From an uncultured delta proteobacterium (lineage in GTDB: Bacteria; Myxococcota_A; Polyangia; Polyangiales; JAFGIB01): 64,000 nt of DNA. Below the pieces are notes generated by a model. That model worked only from the letters and a program-made list of their open reading frames with translations, had not been told where the DNA came from and made no database searches. Numbering within the stretch: position 1 is the first letter of the stretch; every line of letters starts with the position of its first letter. Of the stretch, positions 1 through 9,577 are shown piece after piece. The DNA lies in NCBI GenBank assembly GCA_963778655.1, contig CAVZVA010000010.1, positions 192,001-256,000 on the forward strand. The letters are read 5' to 3'. Made by a program: the position numbers and the translations under genes.

Positions 1-144
1 CAGCGCACGAAGGCGAGCCAGGTACGGTTGGAGCTCGCTAGGCCCAGCCTGCATGCTGGTCTGGTAGCATGTCATTTACTAAGTGACAAACGATTATAAA
101 TGACATCGCGGCGCTTGGCTTACAGCGGGGTACGCCGGTCCACG

Positions 145-297
145 CTCCGGCAGGCCACGACCGGCGAAGTTGGCCACTCGATGACGGGTCACGTCACTTA
201 GCGCATGACCGAGCACTACTCGCACGTGGGCACGGACGTGAAACGCACCGCCGTGCTGCGAGCCCTGGCCCCGCTTTCAGCCGCTCAGGTGGGGACA
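145..297 (+). pseudogene. 3' remnant of a tyrosine integrase closely related to the 475-1680 integrase
   Basis: Manual translation LRQATTGEVGHSMTGHVT*RMTEHYSHVGTDVKRTAVLRALAPLSAAQVGT matches LRQATTGEVVRSMTGHVTERMTEHYSHVHTDEKRTAVVRALAPLSAPLVGT of the intact gene; in-frame TAG at 199-201. Confidence 0.9.
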
Positions 298-363
298 AGT
301 GCCGCGGCGACGAACGACGCCAGCAGCACTGTCCCCTAAGTGTCTCAAAACTCAGCCAAAAAC

Positions 364-449
<86 letters not shown>

Positions 450-461
<12 letters not shown>

Positions 462-478
462 TCGGAACCGCCTGTCAA
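450..478 (-). promoter_or_regulatory. Sigma70-like promoter of tRNA-Gly (TTGACA-17 bp-TATCTA)
   Basis: Minus strand TTGACA at 478-473, 17-bp spacer, TATCTA at 455-450; CGCCTTGACAG is also conserved at the right att copy although the spacer diverges. Confidence 0.7.
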
Positions 479-1680
479 GGCGAATCCGGGGTCCCCACCG
501 CCGTCCCCACCAGGGGGGCCGAAAGCGGGGCCAGGGCGCGCACCACGGCGGTGCGCTTCTCGTCCGTGTGGACGTGCGAGTAGTGCTCGGTCATGCGCTC
601 GGTGACGTGGCCCGTCATCGAGCGGACGACCTCGCCGGTCGTAGCCTGCCGGAGCAGGTTGTTGAAGGTGCGCCGGAAGCCGTGGAGGGTGAACCGCTGG
701 TCGATGCCTGCGGCCGCCAGCGCGGCCGCCAGCGGCTTCTGTGGGGTGGCCTGGCTCATCAGCCCTCCCACTTTCGAGGGGAATACCCAACCCGCCGCGA
801 GGCCCGGCGCCTGAGCACTGAGCATACGCCTGCGGTGCTCTGCGAGCACCTGGGCGAGCCCAGGCATCATCGGCACCGTACGCGTGCGGTTGGTCTTGGT
901 CGTTCCGACGTGACCACGCCAGTGGGAGCGCCGGATCGTGATGACCCCGCGCCGCTCGTCGATGTCCTCCCAGCGCAGCGACGTGGCCTCGCTGATGCGC
1001 ATGCCGGTCTCGGCCAGGAGTCGGAACAACGGGTAGTGTCGCGGGGTGGTCCGCTGCACGGCGTCGAGCAGTCGCGCGAGCTGCTCGCCCGTCAGGCAGT
1101 TGGGATCGCCGTCCGCTCGCGCTTCGGTCATGGCCTTCGTGCGCGCCGTTGGGTCGCGTGGAAGGTCGAGCTCGACGACCGCGTCCCCGAACATCGTTCG
1201 AAGAACACGGAGCGCGCTGTTGACGGTTGCCGGCGCCAAGCGCTCGGCTAGCCGATCGCGCAAACCGACAATGTCCGCGTGCTCGACGGCGTCCATGTAC
1301 ATGTCCCCGATGCACGGCAGCGCGTGCACGTCAAGCGCCGTCGCGTACCGGTTCGCGGTCGACGGCTTCAGTGTGGGCAGCTTGGTATTCAGCCACGAGT
1401 GCGCGTAGTCCTGCACGCGCATCCGAGCCCTGGCTTCCAGCTCCCCGGCTTCGAGCCGCGCCCGAAGCTCCTCGCGTCGACCGTTTGCCTCTGCGGGGCT
1501 TGCGAGCCCCTCGAAGGTTCGGTCGATCTCCTTGAACTTGCCGGTCTTGGGGTCGCGCCACTTCACGCGCACGCGATAGCTCCCCGCGCCCAGCGATTGA
1601 ATGCCCGGATATCGAGTCTTCTTGCCCTTCTTCCTCATCTGCGACTCCATCACCGGGCGCTGCATGCCGCTGGGCAGCAT
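475..1680 (-). CDS. int: Tyrosine recombinase / phage-type integrase
   Basis: Catalytic motifs TGMRISE (R), TTKT (K), HGFRR (HxxR), TGH and EHY (Y) are intact; N-terminal arm-binding-like region; start may be 1638. Confidence 0.95.
   Translation of the reverse strand: MLPSGMQRPVMESQMRKKGKKTRYPGIQSLGAGSYRVRVKWRDPKTGKFKEIDRTFEGLASPAEANGRREELRARLEAGELEARARMRVQDYAHSWLNTKLPTLKPSTANRYATALDVHALPCIGDMYMDAVEHADIVGLRDRLAERLAPATVNSALRVLRTMFGDAVVELDLPRDPTARTKAMTEARADGDPNCLTGEQLARLLDAVQRTTPRHYPLFRLLAETGMRISEATSLRWEDIDERRGVITIRRSHWRGHVGTTKTNRTRTVPMMPGLAQVLAEHRRRMLSAQAPGLAAGWVFPSKVGGLMSQATPQKPLAAALAAAGIDQRFTLHGFRRTFNNLLRQATTGEVVRSMTGHVTERMTEHYSHVHTDEKRTAVVRALAPLSAPLVGTAVGTPDSP
491..510. repeat. Putative integrase arm-type sites (GTCCCCAC x2, 12-bp period)
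   Basis: GTCCCCACcgccGTCCCCAC; the same pair recurs at 31927-31946 near the other att. Confidence 0.65.
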
Positions 1681-2074
1681 AGCGCGTCGCCCCTGTTTCG
1701 AGAAACCGGTCCAAGGTCCGCAGACGGAACATGTGCGTGCCGCGAGGCCCGCGGCCGTCCGGCACGAGCCGGCCGCGGTGGACGAGCGTTCGGACGGCTG
1801 AAGGCGACCGCTTGAGATAGCGCGCAGCCTCCAACGCCGTTAGCCACGCGTGCGGTGACCGGCACGGGTACCCACATTCAGCGCAGCATTGAGACCGGCG
1901 CGCCGAACCAGGAGCACTGGCACGCTCCTCCCCGCTCCAAGCAGGGGCCGGCTCCTCACAGCCATCAAGACCCGGACCTATGCCCCCGCCTGGCGTGTCC
2001 GCCGGCCAGTGTTCGTCGAGCGCAACGCGAAGCGCGTGAAGTGCAGCCAGCGTGTCCTCGAGCGTGACGTTCAT
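1331..2074 (-). CDS. Excisionase-like helix-turn-helix protein overlapping the integrase 5' end
   Basis: WLTALEAARYLKRSPSAVRTLVHRGRLVPDGRGPRGTHMFRLRTLDRFL is a typical Xis/HTH_17 pattern; start and C-terminal extent uncertain. Confidence 0.7.
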   Translation of the reverse strand: MNVTLEDTLAALHALRVALDEHWPADTPGGGIGPGLDGCEEPAPAWSGEERASAPGSARRSQCCAECGYPCRSPHAWLTALEAARYLKRSPSAVRTLVHRGRLVPDGRGPRGTHMFRLRTLDRFLETGATRYAAQRHAAPGDGVADEEEGQEDSISGHSIAGRGELSRAREVARPQDRQVQGDRPNLRGARKPRRGKRSTRGASGAARSRGAGSQGSDARAGLRALVAEYQAAHTEAVDREPVRDGA

Positions 2075-2191
2075 GGCAGGGCCTGGGCCCTCTCGCGGTC
2101 CGAAGCCGGCAGCCACGGCCAAAGGGAACGCACGGTCGTTTATGCCATGTTGTCTTCTAAACAGCAAACTAGAACGTCGCTGGCACCCGAA

Positions 2192-2542
2192 TCAGCCGTA
2201 GATTTCCTTCCTGTTCGGCACGCGCTCGTGATGGAAGTGCCTGGGCTTGTCGGCCGTTTGCGCGGGCGGGGCGACGGACCGCGTCGCGTGATGGACGGGC
2301 CGGTGGCGATCTTGCTCGGAGGAGATAAGGGTCGCGACGTGCCGCCGGAAGGCGTGGTAGCCGACCTGCACTGAGCCCTCCGCCCGCAGCGTTTGCCAGA
2401 CCGCTTTCACGGACCAGCCGTCGTCCAGCGCTTTGCGGATCTCCTCGCGAAGGGCAAGCACCACAACGCGTCCCTTGCCGCTTCGCCGTGCCGGCTGGTC
2501 CTGCATGAACTGCGCAACTCGCTTGGTCAACGATTCGCTCAT
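2192..2542 (-). CDS. traK: TraK-family relaxosome accessory protein (IncP-type)
   Basis: Pattern LALREEIRKALDDGWSVKAVWQTLRAEGSVQVGYHAFRRHV, C-terminal FxHxxxP, adjacent to an oriT-like sequence. Confidence 0.8.
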   Translation of the reverse strand: MSESLTKRVAQFMQDQPARRSGKGRVVVLALREEIRKALDDGWSVKAVWQTLRAEGSVQVGYHAFRRHVATLISSEQDRHRPVHHATRSVAPPAQTADKPRHFHHERVPNRKEIYG

Positions 2543-2712
2543 ATCAGCTCACCAACGCTCTGCCTTCCATCACGGCGTGCCCATAAACGATCCCATAGCC
2601 CATGAACGCTCCCGCTTGGAGTCTATTTGTTCAGATCCGTCTCAAATTCCGCAATCGAGCGATCCGTGAGCCTTTGTGGACCTCGTGTGAGCTGACGAGA
2701 GCGCTGAAGTAG

Positions 2713-2805
2713 GAGGGCAAGATGTGGGAAGTTAGCCAACTTCCCGTCGAGTCCATTCGCGCGAAGCGCTCAAGGGCGGGGTTATTCGCGCCTGCCGGCG
2801 CTCAA
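2713..2805. promoter_or_regulatory. oriT: IncP-like origin of transfer (oriT)
   Basis: GGGCAAGATG (minus strand CATCTTG^CCC, cf. IncP nic YATCCTG^Y), perfect inverted repeat GGGAAGTT-AGCC-AACTTCCC (2726-2745) and TTATTCGCGCCTGCCGGCGCTCAA, which resembles the RP4 oriT as recalled; upstream of traK. Confidence 0.75.
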
Positions 2806-3339
2806 TGGCTGGACGCCAGGCCAGAACGCGGTGCGCACGAAGGCGACCGCACGGTTACCCGTGCTGTGACTGCCGCCCAGGATCCGGCGCCCACGAGCCA
2901 GTCGTGAAGAGCTCGACGATCGCGGCGGCCCGTTCTGGCGGCCACTGCCACGTTCCGCTCGTGGCGTTCAAGGGCATCCTGTCTTGCTGTTTGGCCACCT
3001 CGGGGATGGCACCGCGGTGGTGTGCCATGCGCCAGGAAGAAGCAAAGGCGCGTGCCCGAACAGATCGCCACACCGCTCAGCACAGCGGGGCCCCCGGTCA
3101 AGGCGCCGTGATCGGAAGCCTTCGGGAAGCACAGCGGCCGGCGTTCGGAGAATGAGCAGGAAGCGGCCGGTGAACAAGCTCGAAAGCGTTCGGGCCACGG
3201 GGACGCGCGCGGCGCCAGCGGCACAGAGACCCATCTGGCGGCCGCCGCCGGTCATGGGCGCCCACCGCCACAGGCGTGGCAACAATTCCGCGAGGTCTCG
3301 GTGTGATCTGCCGGCACGCAAGTTGCGCGTGCCGCGCCC

Positions 3340-4886
3340 GTGCCCCGAGACCCAGCCCGTGCGTCGCTGCCCCGCGCGACTGCGGTGTGCGGCCCGGCTC
3401 GCCCGCCCGCACCGTACGAGCCCGCAGGCCCGAAGACAGCGTCCTGTACCACGTGCTGCAGCAGCACCTCACCACCTTTCTGCACCAAGCAAGCGAATCT
3501 CACGACGGCACCGGAATTCCCCGCTTCGTCGAGAAGGAGCTGCGAGCCTTCTTGAAATGTGGCGTGCTCGCGCACGGCTTCTGTCGCTTTCGCTGCACCG
3601 CCTGCAGCTTCGAGCGCTTGGTCCCGCTCTCCTGCAAGGGCCGCGGCTTCTGTCCGAGCTGCGGCGGTAGACGCATGACCGAGATCAGCGCGAACTTGAC
3701 CGATCACGTGATTCCCCTCGTGCCCGTGCGCCAGATCGTGTTGAGCTTCCCGCACAGGTTGCGCTACTTGCTGGCCTACGATCACGACCGTTGCACCGGC
3801 GTGCTGCGCATCTTCCTCCGGGCCGTGCTCGGTTTCTATCGCAGGCGCGCCCGGGCGCGGGGCACCTCGGGTGGGCGCACCGGCTCCGTGACGTTCATTC
3901 AGCGCTTCGGTTCCGCCGCGAATCTGAACTTGCACGCCCACGTGGTCGTGCTCGATGGCGTGTTCGCCGAGGACGACACCGGCGAGCTGCGCTTCCACCA
4001 GGCCGAGGCGCCGCGCGATGAGGAGATCGCGGCGCTGCTCGCCAAAATCCGCACCCGCATCCTCCGCCACCTCGACAAGCAGGGCCTGCTCGACGACGAC
4101 CAGGGCCGCGTCGACCCGCTCAGCGACGAAGCGCCGCTGCTTGCAAGCTGCTACGCCACCTCGATCGGTCAGCGCCAGACCGTGGGCAGTCGCCCGGGCG
4201 CCTCGCTGCCGCGCATTGGCCAAGACCCCGACGCGCCGTGGATTGAGCATCGAGGACCGTTGCAAGCGCATCTCGACGGCTTCGATCTGCACGCGAGCGT
4301 GACTATGGCCGCGCAACATCCCGAAGGCCGGTTGCCGCTCGAAAGGCTGCTGCGCTACTGCGCCCGGCCGCCGATCGCGCAGGACCGCTTGAAGGAGCTA
4401 CCCGACGGTCGCATCGCGCTGGAGCTCAAGACCCCCTGGTCGGACGGCAGCACCCACGTGGTGTACGAGCCATTGGATCTGATCGCCAAGCTCGCCGCGC
4501 TCGTACCGCGACCCCGCAAGAACCTCGTGCTCTATCATGGCGTCCTGGCCGCCAACGCGGCCTGGCGCGAGCGCGTCGTACGCTACGGCCGCGACGCTGC
4601 GGCGAGCGGCAGGACCACCGGCGATGCTGACGCCGGGAGCGCAACCGAGCCTGCCGAGTCACGCCGCCGATGCAACCAATGGGCCGAGCTCATGCGTCGG
4701 GCCTTCGGCTACGACCTGCTCGTGTGCCCCGATTGCGGCGGCAAGATGGCGCTGATCGCCTGCATCCTAGAACGGGCCGCGGTCCGCAAGATCCTAGCCC
4801 ACCTCGGCCTGCCCCAAGAACCCCCGGTCGTAACCAACGCCCGCGCTTCGCCCGGTCACGAGCCCCTCTTCGACGACGTCGCGTGA
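3340..4886 (+). CDS. IS91-family (Y2 HUH) transposase, probable 1-nt frameshift near 3421
   Basis: Zn-binding motifs LKCG/CTAC/SCKGRGFCPSC, HUH NLHAH, RYCARPP, YHGVLA, CPDC; the usual YEPRRPE motif is split between frames at TACGAGCCCGCAGG. Confidence 0.9.
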
Positions 4887-4951
4887 TGGCACAGACCGGC
4901 CGCGCTAAGACCGCGTCTCGATGGGCAGGTGCACCCGCCGGTCAGAAAGAA

Positions 4952-5552
4952 GGCTCTCCTGACGCATGAGTGGGCGCGCGTTGCGTGAGTGGGGCGCGGG
5001 AAGTGGCTTGAAAAGCAGGGGGCTGCGAGGGGCACGAGCCCGTCGGCGGGGCCGGATTTCAGGCGCATGGCGAGGGCGGGGTACCTTCGGGTTGCGACAC
5101 CAACGGAGGTCCGCCACCCGCCATGCAATTGACGAAGGTACTGACGATCATCCTGGGAATGAAGTGCGTTCGAGCCCGAGGTTGCCAATTCGAGGAGGAC
5201 ACCCTGGTGATCCAGGTCGCGCCCACCACGCGGGTCGCCCGGTGCGGCGGCTGCGGGTGCCGCTGCCGGCGGCTGTACGATCGTCGGCCCGATCGTCGCT
5301 GGCGGCACCTGGACCTCGGAGGCATGCGGGTCGAGCTGAGCTACGACCTGCGCCGTGTGGACTGCACCCGCTGCGGCGTGTGCACCGAGCTCGTGCCCTG
5401 GGCCGAGCCCGACTCGGCGTTCACGCGCCCCTTCGAGCAGCAGGTCGCCTACCTGGCGCAACGCATGGACAAGAGCGCGGTCGTCGAGAGCATCGTCGAG
5501 CGCGTGGTCAAGCGGCTCAGTCCCGATGACCGGCTCAGCGGACTGCGCACGA
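4952..5552 (+). mobile_element. Truncated ISL3-family element (transposase 5' part from 5123)
   Basis: GGCTCT end at 4952; zf-ISL3-like CGGCG..YD.R..RRWRHLDL..RRVDCTRCG..VPWA; cut off by IS21 at 5553. Confidence 0.85.
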
Positions 5553-5649
5553 TGCGCATACCGCGCATCGTGATCACCTGGATCGGCGCATCGTGACCGC
5601 CGCGATCGGGCATCGTGATCGGGTCGGAGCGAAGCGACGGGTTGTGGGT

Positions 5650-6393
5650 TCAGGCGGCGGTTTGAGCTTTCTCCTTTCGACGTGAGGGACCCTTCATCTT
5701 GATCTTGTGTGCGTTGTGGACGAGGCGGTCGAGGACGGCGTCGGCGATGGTGGGATGGGCGATGTAGTCGTGCCAGTTTTCGACGGGAAGTTGGCTGGTC
5801 ACGATGGTGGAGCGAGCGCCATGGCGGTCCTCGAGAATCTCCAGGACGTCGCGGCGTTGCTGGTCGGCCAGCGGTGCCAGGCCCCAGTCGTCGAGGATGA
5901 GGACATCGACCTTGGCGAGCCGGGCGAGCAGGCGGACGTAGGTGCCGTCGGCGTGAGCCAGACCGAGCTCCTCGAAGAGCCGCGGGACGCGCTTGTAGGC
6001 GACGCGGAAGCCCAAGCGGCAGGCCAGCTGGCCGAGCGCACAGCCGAGATAGCTTTTGCCCACGCCGGTCATCCCGGTGATGAGCAAGTTGGTGTGCTCG
6101 CCGATCCAGCGCCCGGTCGCGAGCTGGCGCAAGAGCGGCTTGTCGAGCTCGCGCTTGGGGCTGAGGTCGACGTCCTCCATGCAGGCGCCGGGAATGCGGA
6201 GCTTGGCGTCGTGCAGCAGCTTCTGCAGGCGCTTGTTGTCGCGGGCGAGCGTCTCGGCCTCGACCAGCAGCGCCAGCCGCTCGTCGAAGCTGAGCTCGGC
6301 CGCTGAAGGGTCCTCGCGCTGGGCGATCCAGGCGGTGGCCATGGTGTAGAGCTTGAGGGTGCGGAGTTTGTCGAGCGTGGGTTCGGTCATCAT
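5650..6393 (-). CDS. istB: IS21 helper ATPase IstB
   Basis: Walker A GMTGVGKS, Walker B LILDDWG, TSQLP, DAVLDRLVH; RBS AAAGGA before ATG 6393. Confidence 0.95.
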   Translation of the reverse strand: MMTEPTLDKLRTLKLYTMATAWIAQREDPSAAELSFDERLALLVEAETLARDNKRLQKLLHDAKLRIPGACMEDVDLSPKRELDKPLLRQLATGRWIGEHTNLLITGMTGVGKSYLGCALGQLACRLGFRVAYKRVPRLFEELGLAHADGTYVRLLARLAKVDVLILDDWGLAPLADQQRRDVLEILEDRHGARSTIVTSQLPVENWHDYIAHPTIADAVLDRLVHNAHKIKMKGPSRRKEKAQTAA

Positions 6394-6416
6394 CGTGGCT
6401 GTTGTCCTTTCTCGAT

Positions 6417-7961
6417 TCAGTTCACGAAGTAATCGGGGCCGCGCACGTTGTCGTGCTCGACCGGAGCCTGCGCCACGTCGGCCTCGAGCGTCGGCTGCGA
6501 GTCCAGGCCCAGCCGCAGCACGGACTCGACGCTGCGGTAGGAGCGGGCGTGAGCCGCGAAGCAGCGCGCGCAGGCGTTCTCGACGCGGCCATCGCCGTAC
6601 TTCTTGGCCAGGCGCAGAATGCCCAGGCACGAGCGAAAGCCCTGCTCGGGGTGCGGCCGGTCGGCCAAGATCGCGCTGCAGAGGGCGTGCGTCGAGGGGC
6701 CCAGCGTTTCTGCCCACGACAGAATGCGCGACGGCGTCCACTCTGCGTGCTGGCGGTGAGCGCTCGGCATGTGCGCGGGGACCGTCGCGTAGCGGTCGCG
6801 ACCCTGGCGCTGGTGCAACGCGACGCGGCGGCCGCGCAACTGGACCTCGACCATGGTGGCCGTCGCGCACAGCCAGACCTCTTCGCCGACGTAGCGATGC
6901 GGCACCGAGTACAAGCGCTCGCCGAAGGCGACGTGGTAGTCGATGTTGACCGTGGCCTTCTTCCACTCGGTGATCTCGTAGCGGTCGACCGGCAGCGGCA
7001 GCAGCTGCGCTCGCTCCGTCGCCTCGAACAACTCGAGCCGGCTCTTGCCGTACTCGCGCATCGTTCGCCGGTTGAGGTCGTGCAGGCACTGCGCGATCGC
7101 TTCGTTGAGCGCCGCCAGGGTGTGAAACACCCGGTTGCGCAGCCGCGCCAGGATCCAGCGCTGCGCGACCTGCACCCCGACCTCGACCTTGGCCTTGTGC
7201 CGAGGCTTGCCCTTGTGCGCCGGCAGCACCGCGGTGCCGTAGTGCAGCGCCATGTGCTCGTAGCTACGCTGCACCGTCGGTTCGTAGAAGCACGCCCGGG
7301 TCACCCCGCTCTTGAGGTTGTCGGGAACGAGCGCGCGGGCGACGCCGCCGAAGAACGAGAACGCCCGAACGTGGCTGCCCACGAAGTCGGTCACCTGCTG
7401 GCTGTACGTCGCCTCCGCGTATGTGTAGCTCGATGCCCCCAGCACCGCGACGAACAGCTCGACCTCGATCACTTCGCCCGTCACCGGGTCGACCAGCGTC
7501 GGCTTCTTGCCCGAGTAGTCGACGAACATCTTGTCGCCGGCGATGTGGTGCTGGCGCATCACCAGCCCGCGACGCTTGAGAAACTCCCGGTAGCGGTCAC
7601 AGAACGCCGTGTACTGGTAGCCGCCGGGGTTGGCCTCCAGGTACTCCAGGTGCAGCAGTTGCAGCGTCACCCCCGGCCGCGCGCGCTCGCGGTGGATCCA
7701 CGCGCAGTCCGGCTCCGGCCGCGCGATCAGCGCCGCCGCTGCGCTCTCGGGGTACAGCGCCGCCTCGAGCTCAGCCTCGCCAAGCTGCCGCGCCTGGCCG
7801 TACGTGCTCAGCCCGGCGGTCGCCGCGCGCCGCAGCACGTTGACCACCGTCGCCGGGCTGACTCCAGCGCTGCGCGCCACCCGCCGGTTCGACAGCCGCA
7901 GCTCCCACTTCAGTCGTAGAATCTCCAGTACCTTGCGCATGGGCAGTCGCTCGTTCGCCAT
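6417..7961 (-). CDS. istA: IS21 transposase IstA
   Basis: N-terminal HTH, FVDYSG, PDNLKSGV, KAKVE DDE motifs, YSVP. Confidence 0.95.
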   Translation of the reverse strand: MANERLPMRKVLEILRLKWELRLSNRRVARSAGVSPATVVNVLRRAATAGLSTYGQARQLGEAELEAALYPESAAAALIARPEPDCAWIHRERARPGVTLQLLHLEYLEANPGGYQYTAFCDRYREFLKRRGLVMRQHHIAGDKMFVDYSGKKPTLVDPVTGEVIEVELFVAVLGASSYTYAEATYSQQVTDFVGSHVRAFSFFGGVARALVPDNLKSGVTRACFYEPTVQRSYEHMALHYGTAVLPAHKGKPRHKAKVEVGVQVAQRWILARLRNRVFHTLAALNEAIAQCLHDLNRRTMREYGKSRLELFEATERAQLLPLPVDRYEITEWKKATVNIDYHVAFGERLYSVPHRYVGEEVWLCATATMVEVQLRGRRVALHQRQGRDRYATVPAHMPSAHRQHAEWTPSRILSWAETLGPSTHALCSAILADRPHPEQGFRSCLGILRLAKKYGDGRVENACARCFAAHARSYRSVESVLRLGLDSQPTLEADVAQAPVEHDNVRGPDYFVN

Positions 7962-8067
7962 CCCGCTCCTCCTTCGAAGACGGGACCTGCTCGAGCCCTT
8001 CTGCCGTCGCCTGCTCCGCCTCGCCGGCCGCGAGTCTGCACGCTCCGCGACCCGTCCCTACCTGGGA

Positions 8068-8235
8068 GCGATCACGATGCCGCGATCTGGCCGATCACGA
8101 CCCCGATCTGGGCGATCACGATGCCGATCTGGGCGATCACGATGCCGCGATCCGGCCGATCACGATGCCGCGATCTGGCCGATCACGATGCCGCGATCTG
8201 AGCGATCACGATGCCGCGATCTGAGCGATCACGAT
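8068..8235. repeat. Eight 21-23 bp tandem repeats (core CGATCACGA) at the IS21 end
   Basis: Direct reading; inverted copies at 5567-5620; multiple terminal repeats are typical of IS21. Confidence 0.9.
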
Positions 8236-8250
8236 CGCGCGGTGCGCGCA

Positions 8251-8756
8251 GCAAGCTCCGGGTGGCGTTCAAGAAGCCCTGGCGTGACGGCACCCAGGCC
8301 GTCGTGCTCACACCGATGGACTTCATCGCGCGGCTGTGCGCGATCGTGCCCCCGCCTCGCATGCACTTGACCAGGTTCCACGGCGTGCTCGCGCCAGCTG
8401 CCAGGCTCCGGGCCGAGGTGGTGCCGGTCCCCGCCCACGACCCCGAGCTCGACACGCCACAGCAGCTGTCGCTGTTCGATGCCAAAGGGCACAGGCCCGC
8501 GCCGCCCGCGGAGGCCGAGCCGCCGGCGCGACAACCGGGACGTCGCCCGTGGGCGTGGCTCTTGCGTCACGTGTTCGCGCTCGACCTCACCGTCTGCGAT
8601 CGCTGCCAGGGGCGCATGCGCATCGTCGAGATCGCCCTCAGCAGCGACGCCATCGCCCGCGTGCTCGCCCGTCACGGCCTCGGTCCCCAGCCGCCGCCGG
8701 TGCCGCAAACGCCCATGCCCGGACAGCTGGGGTTACCGGGCGTGCCCATGCACTGA
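8251..8756 (+). pseudogene. C-terminal fragment of a second IS91-family transposase
   Basis: FKKPWRDGT..PMDFIARL..VPPPRMHLTRFHGVLAP..WAWLLRHVF..CDRCQG; 5' part removed at the IS21 end. Confidence 0.88.
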
Positions 8757-8964
8757 CACCAGCCCCACCGTTGCGCTCGCCTCACCCGAGCCGAGGGTTC
8801 GCTGCGCCCGAGCACCGCCACAACGACCGCCGATGTCTCTTCACCCTCATCCAAGTGCCCCGGGCTCCGACGCCAAGCAGCCGACCGCCTCCCCCCCGAC
8901 CCCTCGCCACGGCTCCACCCGCTCCCCCACCCTGCCGTTTTCCAGCATTGTTTGTCCTTGGACG

Positions 8965-9219
8965 GGTGCCACCTGTGGCCTCGGTTGCATACCTATATAG
9001 CCACATCGCTTGATATCTGTATGCCCCGTTTTGCTCCCACGACTGGTCCTTCTTGCCACCCGCGACATGTTCGGTTGGATCCGATTCTAGGAATCCCGAG
9101 TTGACCCATCCTTCCCAATGCCGGGCCTCGTGTACCAGTGTTGCAGCTCGGTCTGATACGGTGGAAAAGAAGAACTTCGGGACGTAGGTCTCAACTCTCT
9201 TGGTGCCCCCTGTCTTAGG
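8965..9219 (-). pseudogene. HEXXH zinc-metallopeptidase-like gene remnant
   Basis: Manual translation RVETYVPKFFFSTVSDRAATLVHEARHWEGW...EHVAGGKKDQSWEQNGAYRYQAMWLYRY (HEARH at 9132-9118); in-frame TAG at 9222-9220 upstream; 3' boundary approximate. Confidence 0.7.
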
Positions 9220-9504
9220 CTATGCCCCCTCGGAGCATCTACTTGGAGCCATGGCCCATCGAGGCCCAGCTAGGAGAATGGTGCCCGCTTCCTCAAGCGG
9301 GATGCCGAACACGGCTCCTCCTTGCCATCAGCACGGACTCGTCCACAGCAATCAGCAAGACGCCGCGCATCGCTCGGTCGCCGCATCCAACACGCGTGTC
9401 GCGGGCCGGACCGAGCCGCAACGCCAAGCTGTGACTGGAAACCGACCGCCCGATGTCGGGGCGGCATCGGAAACGCGGACGTCCGCCCTCGACTTCTCCC
9501 CCGC

Positions 9505-9577
9505 TAGGAGGAGATCACGATCGGATCGCCATGTCGATCCGTCTACCGCGAAAAAATGCCGGGGGCTGAACGGTTAC
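9505..9577 (-). mobile_element. Isolated IS66-family end
   Basis: AGATCACGATCGGATCGCCATGTCGATCCGTCT...GGGCTGAACGGTTAC is similar to 21729-21794. Confidence 0.75.

Larger units (their letters stand above)
5553..8250 (-). mobile_element. IS21-family insertion sequence
   Basis: TG...CA ends with imperfect IRs (TGCGCATACCGCGCATCGTGATC / TGCGCGCACCGCGCGATCGTGATC), istA-istB, subterminal repeats; no target duplication. Confidence 0.95.

Noticed and set aside
2805..3330. traJ or relaxase expected opposite traK
   Set aside because: No ORF with ribbon-helix-helix or relaxase motifs is recognisable in any frame
8068..8235. CRISPR-like short repeat array
   Set aside because: No unique spacers and no cas genes; these are the subterminal repeats of the IS21 element, with inverted copies at its other end
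8983..9000. oriIS of the IS91 fragment (TTGCATACCTATA)
   Set aside because: The HEXXH remnant reading frame appears to run through it (WLYRYATE), so the IS end cannot be placed with confidence
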